A stretch of DNA of 64,000 nt from Podarcis muralis. Its lineage: Eukaryota. This document shows positions 51,430-64,000 of this stretch, piece by piece; the first letter of the stretch is position 1; the number at the start of each line of letters is the position of its first letter. The translations under genes and the position numbers were made by a program. The DNA lies in the NCBI RefSeq assembly GCF_964188315.1, contig NC_135667.1:16988001-17052000 (forward strand), written 5' to 3'. Below the pieces are notes generated by a model. The model was not told the origin of the DNA. It did no database searches and saw nothing but the letters and a program-made list of their open reading frames with translations.

Positions 51430-54400
51430 GTGGGCGGGAGAAGGGGCTGTTGAGAAGAGGCAAATCTGGATGGTCGCGCTGCTAGGAAAGGGCCCCAGGT
51501 GCTGCCTGCATGAGGTTGTGGGAAGATTTCAAGGGAGAAAGGATGTGGGGCTCAGTAGGGGTGCAGTGAGCGGCCTTAGCAGGAAACAACATCTATAGCT
51601 CAGTTAGTTGCAGTGTGGTGCTGATAACGCCAAGGTTGCATGTTTGATCCCTAAATGGGACAAGTGCATATTTCTGCACTGCAGAGGGTTGGACTAGATG
51701 ATCCTCAGGCTCCCTTCCAACTCTGCAATTCTATTATTCCATCTCTGTGAATGACAAGGCATGCTATTGGTGGATGTTGTCTCAAGGGCGTATCCTTTTG
51801 TTTAAAACAGACAAAACCCTCTGCTTGTTCTGAGTTTACGAACAGTAGACTTCTCCTTTAAAAGGGGGGGGGGGAGCAACAACGAGCCTGTCTGTGTCTG
51901 ATCTTCCCTCCTTTTAAATCCTGTCTCTGTTCTCTTCCCATCACCCCCTTTATCATTTATTTATTGCATAATTGATGGGGCCTCCCTAAACCTTGAATCT
52001 TGTTTTCATACATCCAGTTACTCCATGTAAGACCAAAGGGACTCCAGCTATATTATCTAACACGGCTGTTTCCTTTGAATGCTGCAATGACTTGCAAAAG
52101 TCTTGCACAGTTGCTGATTGTTTGAGGAAGTAACGCTCACATAATCCCATGGTATCTGGGACACAGGAACAGAAAGTATGTGTGTGTGTATGTCTGTCTC
52201 AATCCTTCTGTCCCTGGTGCTTGCCCAATCCACCGCTCCAGGGTTTGGGTGTGTGTGTGTTGTACCTTCCAGTATTTGTCTTGTAAGCAAGCCTGTGGCC
52301 TCACTTTGCCTGCACCTCCATTGCTCCTTGGCTTATTCTTTGCTCCTCCTTAACCAGCTTCCACCTCTGTCTTATCTAAGGCAGCTTTCTTTTCTTTTCT
52401 TCCAAATGATGCTTTCAATCAGGTCCTGCAATCCCTGCATCTGTAACTCAGATGTAAAGCCTACATTGAATGGAATGTGTACTTTGATTTAAAAGTCCCG
52501 CCTGCTGCTTTCTATCCTGCATGAAAAGGATACCCTTGTCCACACTGCGGTTATTCTGAACATTACTTGTGAAAACCCTCTTCCACATAAGGTGGTCTGG
52601 ACAGGGTGCGTATGGTAGATCACTGTGGGTGCTAAATGGGTTACTGTTTGTCAACTAGCAATCCAGCAACATTAAAAAAATAGGGGTTGCAGGCCTTTCG
52701 TGGAAGGATCTGCTTTTGAAGGGCCTGGGGGCATGCCGTCAAGCTCCTTCCATTGTTGCTCTCCTCCCCTCTACAGCCACCTCTTTGGGTAGCTGGGTTA
52801 ATCAATGTGTTGCAGAAAAAAAACAATTAATAGTCTTATGGCACCTCGAAGACTTAACAAATTTATTGTAGCATAAGCTTTTGTGGACGAGAGTCCACAC
52901 CATCCTTCAGAGGAAATGGATTTAAGTCCACGAAAGCTGCCACAATAAATCTGCAATGAGGCTCTTTGATATTTGAGATGGGGAAGGCAGAACTATAATG
53001 CCCTTAACAGTTGCTGGCGGAGCAGAAATTTTAGTAGGTTAAACTTTCTTCAGCATGAAGATGAAGAGGGGGAAAGCTTCACCCCCTACACTTCTGCACT
53101 GGAAGTGCGGTGGCAGTATTGATTATTATTCAAAAGGCTTCTGTACTGAGTCGTCTCTCAAAGCGGTTACCATCCATACCGTTCATTAAAACAGCCAACA
53201 ACGAACATCTATTGCCATTCAGCAATCGTTTCAAAGAGACAGGGAGCCTTCGCCACCTTCTTCCTGGAGCCTAGACTCCTCCTCCTATACCCCCCTTGCT
53301 AGCATTTCGGGACTTGGTCATTTTGGCGTTGTGGATGAGCAGCTGTTCGACTGCATTGTCGTTTAAAGGCTGGCTGATCCAAGACTCTGCAGAAACTTTA
53401 TAGGGGTCGAGTGGCTATGATAGTTGTGGTGAGAAGGGGTTGGTCTTACTGGCCCTGCAGAGGTGGAGCAAACAGTATTAACTGCTGCGGGTAGGCCTCC
53501 CTCCCCCTCTGCCACCTCCTCTCTCTGTTGTGCCCTTTAAGGCAGTGCATGAGGTGGAGAAATCCGGGAAACGCTTCACCTGTTGAATGGGTGCCTGACC
53601 TGCTATTTAATTAAAAAGGCCGGGCAGCTTCCGGTGTAAATCACTTTGTTGATTAACTTGCTCGGTATGACTGTGCGTTTTGGAAACGTAAAAAAAGAGT
53701 AATGGAAATATATTCTTTAAAAAGAGACAGGGACGTTCTCCTCAGGGAGGGGGAAGAGGTCAGGAGGCAACCTTACTGGAAAAGTGTGGGGATCGGGTGG
53801 GGATCGAGAAATCGGCGCAGGAGGAAGAGGGATCTGAACGGATGGTGACCTTTCTGCCGTTCAAGCCGCGCGTACGTTCAGTCCTGGCAGGGAAGCTCCC
53901 AATCAGCCAACCCTGTTTATAGTCGCCAGTCAGGTCAGAATGGGGGGAGGGGAGGGGCGCCTCTCTCGTACCCCCTGCCGCCTGCTACGTGCTTTCCTGC
54001 ACAGAGACCAGTGACTCAGCTATTACCGTAATCACCCCAAGAGAAGCCCTGTTTGGATTCTGACCAGGGCTAAGAAGAAGGTTCTGGACTTCGGATTGGG
54101 GAGCCAAGGCAAAGGGTGGGGGTGGGGTGGGGAGTTTGCAGCATTCCCATGTTACACTGACCCCACAGGTGCCTGGCCTTTTCGCTCCTCTCATCAATCA
54201 AACAGCAGCTGCCTCTCACTTCCCAGCCGCTGGGGTGTTATATAACTGCTCCCACTTCCTTGCTCAGTGCAAAAAAACCGACAACAGCCCAGTTTTCCAC
54301 CCCAGCCCACATCTTGGATGTGCATAAAAGCCCAGCTTTTTTCCTCTGGGTTATTGAATCTCTCCTGGTTCATTACAAGTGCAATAATTGCACGGGGAAA

Positions 54401-55899
54401 TCTTCCTTACAACTGAAACAAGCCGAAATGCACTGTTCTCCTTAAAACATGGATCAGTGGCACTTTAAATTGCAATTAGCATATTTTATTAAATTTATTC
54501 CTCCCCTTTTTACAAGAAAAGAGGTCTCAAAGCAACTGATAGCAAGTTTAAAATGCAAAGATGACATAAAATAGCCCAAAGCTACACGGTACTAAAAGTT
54601 TACATCCACCAGCAATCAGTAACAGAAAAACAACACCTGCCCATCCCAAAATGTGGACACCATGAACAGGCCAAAAATCAAGCCACAGCAAGACCCAAAT
54701 GCTTGGGAAAACTGGAATGTACCTGCCTGGTGCCTAAAATCTTACAAGACAGATGCCAAAGGAACCTCCTTATCTGGCTCTCTAAATTGCAATGATGTTG
54801 GCGCCAGAGAATGTCAGATGGGACGAATGTTTGGCTCCTAACACCAGAAAGGTTGAGGCTCATCCCAGTGTAGTCTTGAGCAAAAGGCATTCTGCGCTTC
54901 CTCTGATGCACCCCTATTTATGAGTTTACAGGACTAAGAAGAGTGAAACCAGGTTCTGGGAAGGTGCCCTGAATTGGGTTAAGCTCTGGGCAGAATTCAA
55001 AGTGGTTCAGATAATTTTGGGTTTGTATGTTTTGCTTTCTAAAAAAAACTATTGGACAGCTGGACTGTTTCGGTGGCCAGGTTTTGAGTCAGTATTACAA
55101 TTCTTCCTCCCTGCCTCCAATCTCAGTTAGCCACCTATGACATCTTTACCCCAATGCACAGCTTGTAGGCCAATAAAGCACTGACAGGATCACAACTCCA
55201 GAACCCAGATGCTTGGTCTTGTCAAAGAAATCTCTGTTGCCCCTATACTGATAAAGCCACCAGTTTTGACCCTGGAGCTTTTATGGGGAGTTCAGAATCT
55301 TCGCCATCAGCTGTTGTTGCTTCTGATCTTTTAGTACTGTAATCCTTTATCCTGGATTTAAAGGCAACGTTTTGCAGTGGCCTGTGGCTACGGGCAGCAA
55401 ATATCTGTCCTTTCAAACGGGTCCTACTCCCTTGCAAATGTGCTTAGGCTTGCAGGCTTTCCCCGTTATAGAAGCTGCCCTTTCGCTTGTGAAAATTCCT
55501 TTCTGCGGTGCCACCGGTTCCATCTTATCGCTCCCACTCCGATTCTCTCTCTTGCACAATCAGTCCCATGCCCAGGCCTCTCTCTCTTTTCCGCAGCTCA
55601 AGCCCAGCACTCATGGGGGTGAGGGGATCCAGAAATAGCAGCGTGTCCTTCAGAAAAGGACAGAGGAGCTGGAGGAGCGGGGATCAGGTGTCCCCTTGAA
55701 AGGTCATCGCTGAAACTAGAGTCTGGGAGAGGATGCAAAGGGGGGAAAGACCTATGGAGCCCGATTTGGCTTCCCTTCCCATCTCCCAGGAAGATGGGGA
55801 AACGCCCTCAGTCCTCAATAACATTTTATCCCTTCGTGCTCTTTAAACAAGCAGGTTAAAAAGTGCATGTGCCCTTTTAGGGTATGCAGTGAATGCGCC

Positions 55900-56620
55900 T
55901 AGCGTATGGAGGTTTCTAATCCAATCGCAAATATGAAAACGTGATTTTGCTCCTAAGCACACGCTGGGATTCTGCAGCACGGTCGGCCACGGGAATGAAA
56001 TCTCTCATTTCCACGCGTAGGACTCAGTCGAGTGGAGCAGAGTTCGTCCACGCTTATCTCCGTTTCCTTATATTTAAATAAATACCTTCGCTGCTATTAG
56101 GGGGTGGGAGAGCTTGGGCCCTTTAAGTCTCCTCCCTCCCCCCTCCTCAATGAGTCAATTTCACACCCTTTTCCGCCTTGCCCTGTTACATGACGTTCGA
56201 TCCTGGAACGCGGAGCTTCTTTTGAGCATTCGATTCGAACGCTTCACTTTGCTCGCGCCCATCCCGGCTCCTGTTTGCTGCTGCTAAGGAAGAAGGCAGG
56301 TTTGACCCCCCCCCCCCATTTTCTTACGCACGCATTCTTCCAAGAAGAACCCTTCCTCTTTACAGATTAGGATTTCGAGGGGCGGGGGGAGTAAAGAAAA
56401 AAATAAGGAATGGTCGCAGGAGCACTTGCGGATATTCTCTCCCTGCCGCCGCCGCCGCGGTTTATATAATATGGGGATCGGACTTGGAGATAGATAAGAT
56501 GGAGACGGTAAAACGTGGGGTGGAGTGGGGGAAGGGAGGAGGAAGTCCCGGTGGGGGAAGAAACGCAGCATTTGAAATCACGTGGTGAAGCTTAATGTAC
56601 AACTGTTGCAGAGGGGAAAA
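55900..56620 (+). promoter_or_regulatory. CpG-rich proximal (housekeeping-type) ALDOA promoter region
   Basis: RCGTG HIF-type cores (~55940, ~56513), CACGTG ~56579, AP-1 TGAGTCA ~56151, (GCC)n followed by TTTATATAA 56461. TSS not determinable. Confidence 0.45.
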
Positions 56621-57146
56621 GAAAACAGGACCCCCCCCCCCAAGAAAAACTAAAGTAAGCGTAAATATTCCTCACTCCTTCGCTCACACTTTCCAGTCCC
56701 GTCCCCCCGCAATTGGACTCGCATTGCAAAGGTGCTGCAGCTGATGAGGTAGCTAATATCAGGGGGGGAAGCTCAGAGCATGGTGAGGATTCGGAAAAAC
56801 TGGGGGGGGGTGAGAAATGGGGTTCTCTTGAGGAACAGGGTAAACGGCTATTTCCTCTGTCCTTGAAATGTCCTTGGTATCTGCTAGCCATCACCTGCTG
56901 GAGCCTTTCCTTCTTCTTTCAAATATGGCTTTAATCTGGGCATCCCCTTTGACCTTAGTGGGAATCCTCCGATTACCATAGCAACAGGGAGGAGCAGAAT
57001 TCTCTCCCGCCCTCCTGGCCAGTCTCTGTACAGACACGAAGGTCCTTGTTGTGGGTGTCTCCTTCAGATACAGGACTGAGCAGGCAGAAAAGAGGAGACC
57101 GCGTTGCCAGGCTTGTATTAACGCTTCTTTGCCTTCTCCAGTTTAG

Positions 57147-61833
<4,687 letters not shown>

Positions 61834-62158
61834 AATCAGAGGCCTGGCTGCGCTCTTTTGTTGTTAACGTTGTGCCTGTGGTGTCTCTTGTTCTGTTTCT
61901 TGCCCTGCCCTGCTTCCTCTCTGCCAGCTTCTATAGCAGGGAAAGGTGGACATCTTTGCCTTGCCTTGAAAGAACCCAGAAGCCTTGGCTTCTTCCTTCT
62001 CCTTCCTTCTCCACCTCCCCACCGCCACCTCTGTATGCCTTGTGTGTGTGTGTGATGTCCCGCTTTTCCTTCTGGTGACCGACGACACTCCTGGTCCGTG
62101 GCCATAACACCGAAATGTCTCCGGAGCTGGGACGACGCCTGACTCGCGGACTTCTAGA

Positions 62159-62164
62159 AATAAA
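62159..62164 (+). terminator. ALDOA polyadenylation signal
   Basis: AATAAA ~325 nt after the stop codon, followed by a T-rich downstream element. Confidence 0.75.
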
Positions 62165-64000
62165 AGAGAATCTATTTAAACATTGCCAGGGTCTCTGTTG
62201 TTCTTTCTTTCCCCCGCAGAGTTCTAGATGGAAAGTTTCATGCACACCATACCGAAAGATGTACAAGGAGCTGCATTGGGCTTATGTCCTGTTTTGCTCA
62301 TTGTTGTTTACTCCAGGGATAGCCAATGAATGCAGTGCCTTCAATAGGTTGTGGACTGCCCCTCCTGTCGTAAGGACATAAGAAGCTGGTTCAGGCCAGG
62401 GGCCCATCTGATCCAACATCCTGTTCTCAGTGGCCACCCAGATACCTGTGGGAAACCAGGCAGCAGGACCCCAGAGCACAAGAGCACTCTTCCCTCCTGT
62501 GGTTTCCAGCAAGTGGTATTTAGAAGCATTTTCTGCCTCCAACCATTGAGGCAGATTATAGTTCGTTAGTAGCCATTGATAGCCCTCCCCTCCCTGACCA
62601 CTGACCATGCTGGCCAGGGTTGATGGAGAGTATTTGTCCAAAACATCTGGAGAGCACCATGTTGAGTGGCAGATTGTGTCCCCCCCCCCACCTTGCCCTT
62701 CTTTTTGAGAGTCTTAGAAGCCAGGGGCTTGAATCTCTTCTATATAGCTGTTCAGCTATGCTTCTTCCACTTAAATGACCTAGCTATCAAAGTGTGTGTC
62801 TCCATTTCCCCCAGAAAAGCGTTGAGCAAAATAGTGGTGAAGACTGTAGATCATGGGAAGTAGCATCAAGGACTTTGCTGGTTAGCTTTTCTTAGAAGAA
62901 GCCACATCAGTTTTTATTCACTGTACTGTACAGAAAATTGTTTCTGATCATGGATAGTTTGAGGAATTAATATGGGACGTAGAGGTGGAATTATTTGAAT
63001 ACTATTTAGATTACTGCTAATAATTCCTGTAATCTTTGGGAAGTGTGGATTATAGAAGATATTTTGCTTTGAGAAATACCAAGCATATTAACCTGGTAAT
63101 TCCATTGCAGCAGATTGGCTAGAGGCCTATAGAATAGGAGTATCGCATGCAAAAGGAACTTGAAAATATGGGTATACAGTACTGCAATGCTTTTAGTTGT
63201 ACTACATAGAACACAGCCCAATTTGCAATCAAATGGAGGGGGAAATGGATAGGATAGTCTTTAAGTGAAACAGGATTGATAAGATGTCTTATCTTTTTTA
63301 GTGGCTTGACCATAAACTCAGTTGGGTGTGCTAACAACCCCCAACCCTGTATCTCTAGGTTTTGAAAAGTGTTGGATATAGAACAAAGGGAGAGTCATCA
63401 GCTTGGACCATCCTCAGTAAATGCACAAATCAGGCTTTCGTGTGGTCTTGTAGTATATCACAGATCAAACTTAGCATAATGAGGGAAGCTATCATTTCCC
63501 AAGTCTGGGAAATGGCTATTTTGGTATCATGGACTACATCCTTTGACAGGGTGGTGGTGTCTTATTTCCCATTCAGCTAGGAAAATGCTCAATTGTCTCA
63601 AAGCACAAGTGCTAAGGGATGGAAGCTGCTGACAAATCTCTGGATTCAGCCAGAATAACAATTAACTTCTGCACAAGTGGATTTGATTTTCTCCAAATAT
63701 ATATGCTGGTCCAGTGTTTGGCTGGATTAGGACAGTACACGAGGGACACAGAAAATATAGAGCAGAAAAATAATTATGCGCATTTCGGGGGTCGTACATA
63801 TATCAAAGCTCGAGGACTAAGCAGCCCCCTTAAAGCCATAGCTCCGCCCCTTCGGCTGAAACCCTCTGGATCCACGGAACGCAGCGCTGCCTGCCCTGTT
63901 TAGACTCTGCTAACTCACACCCCAGGGGCTTCAGACGGAGCTCTTTCCTGCAACATAACAGCATTGATGGCCGGTAGGGTTGCAAATCATTCCGCTTTGG

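Noticed and set aside
56713-56840. Upstream ORF that might give ALDOA an N-terminal extension
   Set aside because: Splicing its donor to 57142 meets an in-frame TAG before the ATG.

Overview
Vertebrate genomic DNA from a squamate reptile, probably a lacertid lizard (inferred from Sauria-type SINEs and other lizard retroposons). It is syntenic with human 16p11.2. I reconstructed six spliced protein-coding genes by hand from splice sites and reading phase. In order: MVP (+, 16 coding exons, 3765-21866, one exon start lost in an assembly gap); a FIMP1/C16orf92 sperm-fusion gene orthologue (+, ~22214-24069); TLCD3B/FAM57B (-, 25493-30143, plus a duplicated alternative N-terminal exon at 31696-31820); an uncharacterised ~138-aa single-TM, 22-cysteine protein (+, 38974-41254); a compact SH2-SH3-SH3 adaptor that looks like a third CRK-family paralogue with a GC-AG intron (+, 45813-47377); and ALDOA (+, 57156-61833). 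The rest is introns and intergenic DNA with SINEs, LINE fragments, hAT and Tc1/mariner non-autonomous elements (several with exact TSDs), a solo LTR and a perfect 177-bp-arm Penelope-like palindrome. The best discovery candidates are the third CRK paralogue, the Cys-rich membrane microprotein, the reptile FIMP1 and the TLCD3B N-terminal exon swap. Comparisons with human or mouse sequences are from memory and need database confirmation.
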